Source of the DNA: Vicugna vicugna
Lineage: Eukaryota
Length of the DNA stretch: 64,000 nt
Assembly (NCBI GenBank): GCA_013265495.1
Contig: MU058584.1
Coordinates: forward strand, 5,524,508 to 5,588,507
Direction: 5' to 3'
Shown: piece after piece, positions 52,513 through 64,000 of the stretch
How positions within the stretch are numbered: the first letter of the stretch is position 1
How the letters are laid out: every line of letters begins with the position of its first letter
The notes under the pieces: generated by a model
The model's input: the letters and a program-made list of their open reading frames with translations, nothing else
What the model was told of the DNA's origin: nothing
The model's database searches: none
Made by a program: the position numbers and the translations under genes

Positions 52513-53499
52513 AAAAGAATTTTTTTTAACCTTTGGATTAATATCATCAAATTTCATTAATTTACTCTTACAAATTCTCCGAAATTAAGTCTCTTTTGAG
52601 ACTAATCTTATCTTTAATATTACAGATTTCTTATTTGTGTAAGTAGCAATTTAGCTGTAACACTTAGGAATAGTCTCTTGACAGCTCCGTGTATTAATTA
52701 GGAAGGTGTTTTAAGCACACTGACTGAGGGCCTCCAGGGCCAGGCCTGGGAATACAAAGGATCATAACTAATAAACCCTGCTCTCCAGGAGCTCACTCTC
52801 CTCAGCACGTTCTTGAGTCCTCACTCTGAGAGCCTGGAGGCAGATTGTAGAGGTAAGTTCCCAGTGTGTGTCTTTGAAGCCTGTTCTCCATCAGCACTGC
52901 CTTCCCAGGAGACTAGGGCCCTCGGGAGGGGGCGGAGGGGATGGTGGAAACAGTGGGAGGAATAGGCAGGGCCAGAGATGTCGCTACTTCTTTCTCTCTC
53001 GGCCTTGGATGTTTCTCTTTTCTCTCCTGGATTTTAGATGTCTGTCCCTCTCCCTCTCTTGTCCTGGATTTCTTTCTTTCCCTCTCTATCTCTTCACTTT
53101 GGATAGCTTTCTTTCCTAGGGAAATAAAAGGATATTTAAGGAAAGAGCGAATGCGAAGGAAAATAAGGCAAACAGTGTAAAGAGGAACTTAAAACAGAAC
53201 TGAAGCCAGTACTGATTGATATGGCACCGAATAGTTTTAATTCCTTCCCTTACTTAAGAAATTAGACCTAAGGTTGTGTGGAGTCAGTCAGGCCTACATA
53301 GACGTGCAGACCACGTCTGGATGGGAGCAGCTGTGCACCCTACTGAGGGAGAGGACATGAGGGCCATGGAGTACTTCCCAACTTCGCTTCCACTTCTACA
53401 AAATTGGGCGGAAAGATTAGATCAGTGGCTCACAACTTATTCCTATTTTTTTTTTTACCAGAACCTACAGTAAGAACTATAATTTCCACTGGAACCAAT

Positions 53500-53526
53500 A
53501 CACACACATATACACACACACACACA
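53500..53526. repeat. (CA)n microsatellite
   Basis: acacacacatatacacacacacacaca. Confidence 0.85.
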
Positions 53527-53619
53527 CCCTACAACTGGAAAAAAAGCTCCACGAAAAAATTCTTATCCTCAGAATGTATGATGTACTAATATTTTACAAT
53601 GTCTTTTAAGACTAAGCAT

Positions 53620-53825
53620 TGTGCTGTACACCAGAAATTGATGTAACATTGTAAACTGACTATACTTCAATAAAAATAGAAGGAAGGAAGGAACAGAGAG
53701 AGGGAGAGAGAGAGGAAGGAAGGAAGGAAGGAAGGAAGGAAAGAAGGAAGGAAGGAAGGAAGGAAGGGAGGGAGGGAGGGAGGGAGGAAGGAAGGAAGGA
53801 AGGAAAAAGAAAAGAAAGAAAGAAA
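53620..53825 (+). repeat. L1 3' tip whose tail became a compound (GGAA)n/(GGGA)n/(GAAA)n purine tract (~53678-53825)
   Basis: tgtgctgtacaccagaaattgatgtaacattgtaaactgactatacttcaataaaa followed by ~145 nt of almost pure purines. Confidence 0.9.
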
Positions 53826-53899
53826 TGCTACTTGGTTTTCACAGCTTAGGCTTACAATCTACCAATGGGTCCCAACCACGGTTACAGAAACACTGGTCT

Positions 53900-54440
53900 T
53901 AACAAAAATCCAAAGCATCTTCTAGCTCTAAGGCTTTATGATTTCATACCACAGCCAGCCTATGCGATCTGGCCTGAGACTACTTTTCACCACATTTCTG
54001 CACCCTGTCCCTCACCCTTTCTGCTTTCTTGCTGGTCCCTGGATAAACCAAGCAGACTCCCACCTGAGAATCTCTGCCGGTGCTATCGCCTCTGCCCGGA
54101 CCGCTCCACTGCTGGGATTGCCAGGGCCCTCTACAGCATCACTTCACGCAGCTCTGCTCAAATGGCAGCAGGCTGGACAGGCTTCCCTGACCATCCAACT
54201 AAATACCACCCCCTCCTACTCTCTCCACTCTCTTCTCCCATAATCTAATTTTTCCATAGTACTTATCAATACTTAACATGACATTATATGTTTATTTGTT
54301 TATTGTGTGACTCCCCATCCCCAGAAGTTCTAGCTCTGTAAGGGCAGGACTTTGTCAGTCATTGCTGTAGCCTGGCTGCCTAGAACAGTGCCCAGAACAT
54401 AACAGGGACCTAAATATAATTGTTGAATGAATGAGTGAAT
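53900..54440 (+). mobile_element. L2 3' end
   Basis: agggcaggactttgtc...cctagaacagtgcccagaacata...tgttgaatgaatgagtgaat. Confidence 0.85.
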
Positions 54441-55917
54441 CTAGAGCTCTCTCTCAGAATAAAACAGCCTACTGTTTCTAAGAATTCTAGATTTTCTCTG
54501 GTGATGAATAGCCCTTGATCAAAAATGGTTCTCTATTCCTGGTCTCTACCTAGTGACTAGCAGGGAAATTCAGTGGGAAGTTAACCTCCCTTATTTTCAA
54601 CTGTCTTTTCAGAGCACTATTATTCTTCCTTGAATGTTTGTGCCTCTCTGCTCTCTACTGACACTGAACTTCCTTCTCACATGCAATACCTATCACTAAA
54701 GAACACTATGAATTAGTTAAGAGTCTTGAATGCCTTAAAAAATGGAAAATATTATGCAAATATTGGGCACTAAAATTATTAAAACTGCAGCTGTGCAATG
54801 CTTTTGTCAGGTGCTAAAGTGAAAAAAGAAGGGAAGGTGGGGAGGGGAACAAGAGTAACTGGAGGTGCTACTTGACATGGGGCGGACAAGGAAGTCCTTT
54901 CTGATGACGTGTCATGTGAGCACAGGAGGAGGTGAAGAAGCATTTCAGGCAAATGGAATAGCAAGTGTGGCTGAAGTGCATATAATTCTAGGAAACAGGT
55001 AAGCTTTTAAAAATGTATTATCTCAAAAGCTTAAACCAGAAAGAATTCACTTTAAGATTACATTAGTAAGAACCTCCTCAAGTACTTCCCAGTAGTCACC
55101 AGATGTGTGTATCTTGTGCCTACTTACAACTCACCCAAAGGGACATCTGGGTCAATAAGCAAAAATGAATAAAAGAAAGAATTAAAAAGAAAAGAAAAGC
55201 ATTTGTTAACTAGGCTGAACCTTGAAAAATGAACCACATTGACAGTTTCCTACTGTTCCCAAATGCCTTCTGGTAAATTTAAGGAATCGATGTTGATATT
55301 AGTATGCATAAGTTTAATTTGGGATTTATATATATCCAAAGTTAAAGAAAACCGGAAACTCAGTGAATACAAAATAACACAGAAAAAGATGTAAAGTTAA
55401 CCAATCTTGTTGTTTTTAAGTAACACTCCTATATAGTGCTTAGTCTCTCCTCTCTGTTCCTTTCTCTCTTCTTCCCCAAGACTGTGAGCTCCTTAAGAGA
55501 AAGAGGTAGTCTTAGTTATCTTTGTATCTCAGGAATACAGCAAGAACCCAATAGTAAGGCAGAAGGATGAGTTTAAGAGGCTCTGCCCCTCTTTTATGTA
55601 ACTGCTTAGTATCTCACTTTTGGTTCTAAAAATGTTCTACTGATGCACGTCTCAACCTATGTGTGTTCTGGGAGACAAAATAAATTCTTAAGGACATTAC
55701 TAGATTTTAAATGGAAACGCTGGGGGAAAAAAGTGATCATATTATTATAGGGGCCATTCTCCCTTTGGATATAAAATTTTAAACTATTTAGTTATGAAAA
55801 ATATTCAAATACCTAAGATGTACAAATGTTCGCCTTTTGGACATTTGGGCACACACAGTAAGATTCAATAAACTACTTAAAAGAGGAGACGGTGTAACAG
55901 AAATGATAGACCTGTAC

Positions 55918-55936
55918 TTGCCACTAGGGGGAGTGA
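55918..55936 (+). promoter_or_regulatory. Candidate CTCF site (TTGCCACTAGGGGGAGTGA)
   Basis: CCACTAGGGGGAG matches the CTCF core apart from the GGAG variant. Confidence 0.5.
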
Positions 55937-57949
55937 GTTTCCATTTTTCCAAAGCCCTGTTTCTGAGCCTATGTAGCAAGAAACGGACTAGGCCTGGAAA
56001 GGGCTCATTATACTTTCACGATCGAATTACTAAATAATAAAATCTCAAGACTACCAGCAATGAAAGTAAATGTTCTCAGCCAATCCATTTAAGCTTGGCA
56101 GAAATTCACTGACCTCAAGATCTAATACAAGCTAAACACATATCAGACGTGCTTAGCTGTCTCCTCCTCAAAAGTATACGAGAGTTATTGAAACTGGTCT
56201 CAAGAACCACTCCTGCCATCTCCCATCCCTTCCCTTTTCCCTGACCTTTCACTATTTCCATTAGGAAAACTAATCTGTGATAGAAATTGAGGAAGATGGA
56301 ATTTAATATGTAAAGGTAAATTTTTAAATATCCACAAAACTGGACAATAACACCCTTAACCTCAAAAATTTATTTCTGACACTTGTTTCAGATTTTAAAT
56401 CTCCTTCCATTTTCCCCAACTGTTTCTTCATTAGGCAGTATTCTGGTTAATATGAAAATAATAATTTCATATGTATAGTACATTATAGTTTATAAATTAT
56501 TTTCATAAACATTATCTCATTTGAGCCTCACGAAAACACTTTAAGGTATTTTGAACAGAAATTATCATTCTGATTTTGTAGATGAGGAAACAACTGACCA
56601 GAAAGATTACACATCACATAGCTAACAAATGCTGAAGCCAAGACTGCAGTAAGGATTGAAAACTTTAGATTTCTAGCTCTACTCCAGTTCCTTTGAAAAT
56701 ACAACTGGATGCTGCTTCAAAACAGACAAGAAAGGACTGGACAGTCTGTCTTGGAATAACAATTTAGGACAGCTTACCTCACCTTCATCAGTATATAAAG
56801 TCAATAAATTTTGAATTGTAACAATTTATAAAAGATGTAAAATAACAATTACAGAGAAATATTTTGGATAAGCATTGACAGTGCTTTTCATCTATAGAAC
56901 ATACAGTGATTTATAATCTTTCTCTCTCAATACACTGGGTAAGGAAGGCGAAATTTTTATTAAAAGTTAAAATCCACTGTTACATGTATGTGTGTACGTG
57001 AGATGCACAGAAATACGAGGTTAGAGATCAGGAGAAACAGGCGCCACAGCACACTGCTAGTAGAGCACAGACTGGTAATCCTTTTCTGGAGGTAACTGTG
57101 CAATGCATATCAAGAAGACTGAAAAATGCACATGGCCTCTCACCCCATTATTCCATTTCTCATTTATTCTAAGAAAATAATTATAATGTGGGGAAAAACG
57201 TGTCCGCAAAAATTGCTTATTATGGTGTTAAAAGACCAAGTTAACAAATGGATTGGTTAAATCAGAGTAAATGAAAGAATAAAATGCAGTTCTTAAAGCT
57301 GATCTGGAAAAATAAATAAGACAAATCAATGAAAAAAATTATAAACAATGTACACAATAGGATCACATTTTAAAAGAAATATATATGTATGTGTGTATAT
57401 GTGTATATATGTGTGACTGGGATAATATAGTAAAATATTAATGGTGATTGTATTTAGTCAGTGATATTACACATGAGTTCAATTATATTCTTTTACAACT
57501 ATATTTTCAAATCTCTACAAATGATACAACAGAATAAGTTAAATATTATATATACATAAATGTATGTGCTCTATGTTTTTATATATTATCTATTGCTCAT
57601 ACTGTATTTGCATTACATAATTATATATCTTATATATAATTCATGCAGCATATATATATTTAACTTGTATCAGAACTACGGAAAATGAAATTTAAATTTA
57701 CATATATCAGAAAACCCTAGAGCCATCATGTATGTCTATGGAAATGCATTTTAAAGAATAAAGCAATACGAAGAAGGCACGGCACATAGGATGAGTCAGA
57801 GATAAAACAGCAACTTAGCCAAAGTGTTAGTATAAGAAAATAAACTTGAGTTGAGCAGCATATTTTAAGCACAACAATTTCTCACATCTAATTAATAGGA
57901 AGTCTTCAAATACCAATAGTTTTTGGAAGGGAAGTATTTTAGACAGTTT

Positions 57950-58400
57950 TTGCAGGACAATGAATGTAAGGTTTGTAGGAAGAGCTGGAGATACTTGGGG
58001 AGAATGAGAGGCTTCAGTCTTGGGCTACAGACCCATCAAGAAAGGTATCAGGCGAAATCACAGCAGAACATATAATATCCACATAGAAACTATGGTGCAC
58101 ACCCAGCTGGAACGTGGCACTCTGCCTGCCGCACCTTAGAAAAGATGTTACAGAAACAAAAAGTCCAGAATAGGGCAATTAAATTATGAAAAGGCAACTA
58201 TAAGGGGAGAAATTAGCCTCTGATCTTCCAATATAAGAGCAGGTCAAAAAAAAAAAAAAACTTTTCCAACGTTTACAAGATCATAAATGTTACAGATGGG
58301 ATGAAAATAAGCACAGAAAGACCAAACTAATATGGCTGATATTTAAATAAGTCCACATCCAAGGAAAATGAAATGTTGTGACAGGATAACAAAAATGTAT
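57950..58400 (+). mobile_element. Ancient CR1/L3 LINE fragment
   Basis: cacccagctggaacgtggcactctg...gcaccttagaaaagatgttacagaaac...gtccagaatagggcaattaaattatgaaaagg resembles the CR1 ORF2 end (LEYC...APHxKKD...VQRRATK). Confidence 0.55.
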
Positions 58401-58467
58401 GAGATGCATTATCCCATTATGTTTAGAATAAAATCCAAAATCCTTGCCTTCCTGCCTTTTGTGGTTA

Positions 58468-58790
58468 ACAGGGATGGACCTTGAGGGCATTATATTAAGT
58501 GAAACTGGTGACACAGAGAAAGACAGATACTGGATGATATCGCCTACATGTGGAATCTTAAAAAGCCAAACTCAGAAACAGAGAGCAGAGTGGTGGTTAC
58601 TAGGAGCTGGGGGTTAGGGGAAATGCAGAGATACTGGTCAAAGGATACAAACATCCAGTTAGAAGATAAAAAATAAGTTCTAAGGAATATAATGTATATA
58701 GCATGGTGATTATAGTTAACAATTCTGTAATTGTTGCTAAGAGAGGCAGATTTTTTTCCCAAAAGGACATGTAACATGTTTAATAGCATT
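58468..58790 (+). mobile_element. L1 3' fragment (L1MA-like)
   Basis: ggatggaccttgagggcattatattaagtgaaa...catgtggaatcttaaaaagccaaactcagaaacagagag. Confidence 0.85.
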
Positions 58791-59519
58791 CTCTTATTAC
58801 ATTTCATTATTCATGGCCAGGCCCTGAATAGGGGCTGATTAGTGTACAATGTAAACAGAAGGACACAGCAGTGGCAATATTTTTTAAATTAACTTTTGTG
58901 ACACAAGTTATACATGAATTCATTTCTTTTTATTAAAAAAAAAAAAAAACTGCAGTTCAGGCTCAAATTCCCATCGATCAACTTCCCAAATCCAAAACTT
59001 TCCCCTGAACACAGGGGTAACCACTGGTACCACCTTGTTTATATATTTGCCTAATATATCCATAGAAGATATATAGTACTATCACATGGGTTTAGGTTTT
59101 GGTAGGGTTTTTTTTTTTTTACATAAATTGTAAACTACAAATATTCTGCAACTAAATTCGCTTTTTACAAAAAGTCTTATTGAAGTTGGTACATACAGAT
59201 CTACAGCAATCTCTTTTAATGCTACATAATATTCCCAACATGGACACATGGTTTACTTAGCCAACTCCCTATTGATAGACATTTTCTCCCATTATAAACA
59301 TTGTGTCCCAGTCAAAGGCTGGAGCCTTCTCCAACCTTGTCCAGCCTGGTCCTATGGTCCCACCCCTTGTGAACAAGGAGATTTATCATTTACACTATGT
59401 TAAGGGTATAAAATAGCAAAAGTGTCCTTAGAAACATTTTATAATAAATTTATAGTAATTTTTGTTCAAAGTCCTGGATCTTACTAAGATGATTTCTTTT
59501 TTATTTGTTTGCTTTTGGA

Positions 59520-60020
59520 GTTTTTTTAATTTACAATTGACATATATAACATTATAATTAATTTCAGGTATACAATATAATGATTCAATATTTATATATA
59601 TTGCAAAATGATCACAATAGTCTAATCAATATCCGTCATCATATATAGTTACAAATTTTTTTATGAGAATGGTTAAGATCTACTCACGTAGTGACTTTTG
59701 AATATGCAACAGTCTTATTAACTACAGTCACCATGCTGTCCATACATCCCCATGACTTATTTATCTTATAACTGGAAGTTTATACCTTCTGACCACCTTC
59801 ACCCTTTTCACCCACCCCTCCACCACCCTGCCTCTGGCAACCACTAATCTGTTCTAAAAGAGATCTCAAGTGTTCTCATCATAAAAAAGAAATGGTAATT
59901 ATCTAAGAGATGGAGGTAATCATTTTGCAATACGTAAATGTATCAAATTAACACATTTTACATCTCAAACTTACATAGTGTTATATGTCAATTATATCTC
60001 AATAAAGCTAGAGAAAAAAA
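59520..60020. mobile_element. Two L1 3' ends head-to-head (minus ~59520-59855, plus ~59856-60020)
   Basis: T-tract-led antisense 3'UTR, then a sense 3'UTR ending aattatatctcaataaagctagagaaaaaaa. Confidence 0.8.
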
Positions 60021-62481
60021 GAAAGGATGGGGATAAAAGGCAGAAAAAGAACAAGAAAAAAGATAAAGAGCTACATATGAGGAAAATTAGGGCACTATAT
60101 TAACCAGTTGCTATTCAGTTTTGCAAAAGGAACTGGTTCCTGCTAACGAATATAACAAGCATAATGAACAAATACACATAACAAAATATATAAGGAAACA
60201 ATTCTTAGGTCTCAAGTTCTTATTTTAGACTCTGAACTTTCTGATTCAGTTGTAGTGAATAAAAACCTGCTTAGCTTTCAAGCTGCAATTCCTCCAAGTT
60301 AGCAGTTCAAGTAACAAAAAAAATTCTGGGTGGAGATGAAGGATGCACCAAGACAAAAAACAGTGAACCTACACAGAAGAAATTTTATAAAGTTGAAAAC
60401 TGAAAAACAGTTCATAGAATAAAATCTTGCTCTTTAGCCATCATGAAACTCTTCTTTGAAGGCTGTTTTAAAACAACAGCATCTTTGAGACATTTATTTA
60501 GTCTAATTCTTGTGAAGCACAGTTGATCATCTTTAAAAGCCTTAGTTACACTAGCAGTTCATCTCGGTTAACAGTTTTCAAATCAGTATTCTATTTTAGA
60601 AGACATATAACATTCATAGATCTTTATCAGCCAGAAGAATCTCATAATCATCTGCCCTGTTCTCTGTATGCACCGAAGTAAATTAATTGGTGACTCTAGT
60701 ATATTCTTTATCTTAACATGGATGTGAGACATCCTTCACTACAGTTGCCTCTCTCTGCTTCACAAGATAATAAAAGCGGTTCCGGAATCTGTAGCCAGAA
60801 CCCAACTTTGGTGCTAGAAGGTAAAACTGTAACAAACCAGATGAAGACAGAAGCTGACCAGATAATTTACTTGCAGTGATCAGGAAGCCATACCAGCAGA
60901 ACAGACACGCTCCATCCTCAGCTCTTGTAGAGACCATCAGCCTTTGATAGAGTACACACCCCCATGGCCACACTGAACACAAAGAAAGGACACCCATTTC
61001 TCTCTTTCTGTTTCTCTTTCTCATAAAGGACTGACAGCAACTGACATAGGAAAGAGAGCTGGATGCAGAAAGAAACTTGGAAATTCTACTCTAGTCAATT
61101 TAAGACTTTCATTAAATTCAGACTTTTTCCTGCCACACAATAAGATTGTCACTAGGTCAAAGGAAGAAGAAGAAATCTTCATGCCTTGAGATTTCAACTA
61201 TTTTGCCATTTAAAGTGTATATTGTTCAAAGCTCATTATATCTTGAACTGGATCGCAGCTCCCAGTAATAAATATATTCTACATCATAACCCAGTACACA
61301 CAACACAAATACAATTTAAAACAAAAGTTTCAAGACAGTGACCCTTACTACATGCAATGAATATAGTAAATGTCTATTTTATGTTGTCTTCTTTTTTAAT
61401 GCTGGCTACATACCACAAATTGATCTTATAACCAAATAAAGGTTATAACCACAGTTTGAGAAACACTGTTATACTATATACATGTGGTCTGCCTCTGCTT
61501 ACCTCTCTACCCAAATCTCATGCTATTCACCATACTCCTCCTACTGCTGCCACCCCCACCCCACCCCACAATCTAATTTCTACTCTTCTTTTACATTAAA
61601 CCATAAGGTCAGTGCCTGCAATACTCAAAGCCTTTTCCTGTCTCAGGGCCTTTGATCTTGTTGTCAGGCTGCCTAGAACCCTTCCCTCAGATCACTGCCC
61701 TTTATCATTTAGAATTCAAGACAAAAGTCACTTCCTCAGAGGGGCCTTCATTGGCCACCCAATCTGAAAGAGCCACCACACTCAACTCCAGCCAGGGCAG
61801 AGGGTTAGGGGAGTAATTCACTGCTCTTAGGGTTGTTGGGAAGTCTGAATGACAAAATATAAGAGCAGCACAAAAAAAACCAGTACTCCACAAATGTCAC
61901 TTTTCATCTCCCTATGCCATTGTACGAGTCATTGAATTCTAGCCATTGAAATTCTATTACATTTGCTTCATGATGGCTTTTCTGATTCTGAAAAGTGAAA
62001 GCTCCATCCTCCAATATACCCCAAGTACTCTGTACCCTCTCAGAGCATTTATCACATTCTTTCTTACTTTTTTTTATTCATTCAGCAAATATCTGAGTGC
62101 CTAATATGTTCTAAGCAATAGCAGTGAGCAAAATAAAGATTCATTCCTCTAATAGTTCACAGTTTGGTAAGGGAGACAAATCTATAGACAATTAATTTCA
62201 GCTGAACGTGGTAAGTACAATAAGAGAGACGTGTACTATGTAAAGTTGTGACAGAAAAAGAATGAAGAGTCACTCTCTCTCAGTAGAAAAGTGAGGCATC
62301 ACAGAAGAGACACCTATCCAGTGCCTGGAAATGGACTGCTGAGTAACAGAGAAAGAAAGGGTGGTGAGTGGGGCTCTACTGCTAAGTTACTAGCTATACC
62401 CATCTGACAACAATCATTTTTCTATCCTCCAGTCCCTTATTCGTGTTTAAAAGATTTAGTAATTAAGAGAATTAACTAGAA

Positions 62482-62660
62482 CCCTGGTGTTCTCAAACGC
62501 GTGAGTGAATTAAAATCACCTATAGGCTTTTTTAAAATGCAAACACGGAGCCCCATTCCTATTCATTAGGAATTCCTCCGGGTGAAGCTCAAGCAAGTTA
62601 ATGTTCCAGAAGTGATCTCCAAGTGATATTGAGGGGCATTCCTGTTAAAAAGCACGGGCC
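62482..62660. mobile_element. MER5-like hAT MITE
   Basis: gttctcaaac...aatcacctataggcttttttaaaatgcaaa...ctccaagtgat. Confidence 0.55.
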
Positions 62661-63189
62661 AAGGAGATAATCAACAGGCCAAAAAAGAACTAATGCAAAA
62701 TACAGCTGTTACTTACTGGCCCTTAGGGTGTGGGAGAGTGCTCGTCCACTCAAGAGACCAAAACTGCAGGATCTAGGGAGACTCGGAACGGTAATGAGAA
62801 AGTCACACATACACCAGCACATACTCTTCAATGAAGCGCGTTAAGGTGAAACAGCTTGGGGAAGTGGGAGGGAAGGAATGATGAAAATGAAAACATTTTA
62901 AATATTTGTTCGAAATAATGTTTCACCTCAGACTATTAGACTCTGTATCTTACCCCTAAACTTTCTGTCACATCACTCTAGAGGCTTAGCAATACCAAAG
63001 TGGAATTCACGATGCTCCAAGAAATAGGGAAAGCAAGGAAACTGCAGGCACAGCCCGTGGAAAGGGAGAAAGATAGCAGGGCGAAAGCAGAAGGAACGCG
63101 GACGCCTCTCGGTGCCCGGACGCCTCAGGAGCTGAGACGCAGCGTAACCAGACCCCAGAGCAGTCCTTCTGGCCTCGCCTGGCACTCAC

Positions 63190-63192
63190 CAT
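63190..63192 (-). CDS. NME7: NME7 exon 1 coding part (initiator ATG only; 5'UTR extends to higher coordinates)
   Basis: Minus strand reads ...ctgaggcgATG|gtgagt: an ATG with a purine at -3, directly followed by a consensus donor, inside the CpG island. It joins in phase 0 to exon 2, which lacks its own start. Confidence 0.85.
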
Positions 63193-63265
63193 CGCCTCAG
63201 AATATCCGCACAAGGAAACAGGTATCTTCGGGACAGGAAGACGCGAACACGAACACCAACGCCGG

Positions 63266-63279
63266 GTTACTCTGGCAAC
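63266..63279. promoter_or_regulatory. RFX X-box motif GTTACTCTGGCAAC (second candidate GTTGCCTGGGGCGAC at 63398-63412)
   Basis: Close match to the GTNRCC-N0-3-RGYAAC imperfect palindrome, next to the start of a ciliary gene. Confidence 0.7.
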
Positions 63280-63659
63280 ACAGCTCCGCCTACTGCCGGA
63301 CTCTGCGCCAGGCGCCTCTGCCCCGCCCCTTAGTCCCTAGTGGCTGAGAGTAAACGTAGCCCCGCCCCTCCAGCCGACACACCCGCCCCTTCACGCCGTT
63401 GCCTGGGGCGACGGAACACCGCCTACCTCTTTCCAGCATCATCACTTCCGTTTCGTTGACAGATGACCCGGAAGTTCAAGCTAATACGCGCCTGGGGTCG
63501 AAATAGTTTCTCTTTTATTCTTTGGAAAGGGTTTAACCAGTTTTCACTTCCTGAAGTCTTACACCATATGTTCTATGTTATTTGAGTTTAAATGAAGCAC
63601 AAGTGTGATTACCCTTTTCTTTGGGAAAAATATTCCGGAAAGGAAACCCTGAGTAATCG

Positions 63660-63819
63660 GAAGTGATTAGTAGTGAACCAGACGTTTGATGTCACCAAGG
63701 CCTGGGCGGATCGGTTTCGGAGTGTGAGAGGAGTGTGCGGGGAAGTTCACCCAGGGATACTAAGCCGAAGAACCTGTAAAGTGAGGCCCCCTGCGATAGG
63801 AAGAGTAGGAATCTGAGAG
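63660..63819 (+). other. BLZF1: Probable non-coding first exon of the divergent gene (BLZF1/golgin-45 by synteny); start approximate
   Basis: Strong plus-strand donor GAG|gtaagt (gt at 63820-63821) at the edge of the CpG island. Identity rests only on the known head-to-head NME7-BLZF1 arrangement in mammals; no coding sequence is in the window. Confidence 0.55.
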
Positions 63820-64000
63820 GTAAGTCGACGAACGGGCTTGTGCAACTAAGTGGGGATTTTGGACAGGCACAGAGGTCTGGGTTGAGGTTTGGTGTTAAGT
63901 AGCTTTGGATTTAGGGAAAGGTTGGTTGTTGTTCCAGGCAGGCTTGTTCAGACAGGGACGGAACGTCATTGTTCTTTCCAAGGGTATTTGCAGACCTGTT

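Larger units (their letters stand above)
63050..63840. promoter_or_regulatory. CpG-island bidirectional promoter (NME7 minus / neighbouring gene plus)
   Basis: Sharp rise in GC and CpG. GC boxes at 63321-63329, 63360-63368 and 63382-63389. ETS/GABP motifs CACTTCCG 63443-63450, CCGGAAGT 63468-63475 and CGGAAGTG 63658-63665. Outward-facing splice donors on both strands. Confidence 0.9.

Noticed and set aside
59520..60020. Possible twin-primed L1
   Set aside because: Both halves include their own 3' terminus and tail and I found no shared TSD; two independent old insertions fit better.
63000..63347. 115-aa plus-strand ORF over the promoter
   Set aside because: GTG start, low-complexity product expected in a CpG island, antisense to NME7 exon 1; no recognisable domain.
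1..64000. CRISPR arrays, prokaryotic operons, NUMT or non-retroviral endogenous viral element
   Set aside because: No regularly spaced repeat-spacer units, long ORFs, or recognisable mitochondrial/viral peptides; very degraded elements could be missed without tBLASTn.

Overview
AT-rich, repeat-dense mammalian genomic DNA. A tRNA-Ala-derived Vic-1-like SINE suggests a camelid. The window holds the 5' part of NME7 (NDP kinase 7, a ciliary/centrosomal protein) on the minus strand. Six coding exons can be read by eye, all with GT-AG junctions and consistent phases: 63190-63192 (ATG only), 24567-24674, 23661-23827, 15135-15245, 11346-11396 and 9868-10075. They splice to 216 codons covering the DM10 domain and most of NDPK domain A, including His206. 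The remaining exons lie left of position 1. The right end is a CpG-island bidirectional promoter (RFX X-boxes, GC boxes, ETS sites) shared with a plus-strand gene, by synteny most likely BLZF1. The rest is intron filled with L1, L2, MIR, L3/CR1, MaLR/ERVL/ERV1 LTRs and DNA-transposon relics. Most listed ORFs are spurious or repeat-derived. I found no evidence of a novel multi-gene system. The most interesting signals are: a young CpG-rich solo LTR in sense orientation inside an old MLT1; an ERV mRNA fragment retroposed by L1 (poly-A tail and TSD); two L1 insertions at one target site, with a triplicated TSD and a mini 3' transduction; a twin-primed L1; a candidate frameshifting cassette exon in NME7 intron 1; and a divergent CTCF motif pair. 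Repeat family names come from memory of consensus sequences, not from a database search, and old-repeat boundaries are approximate.
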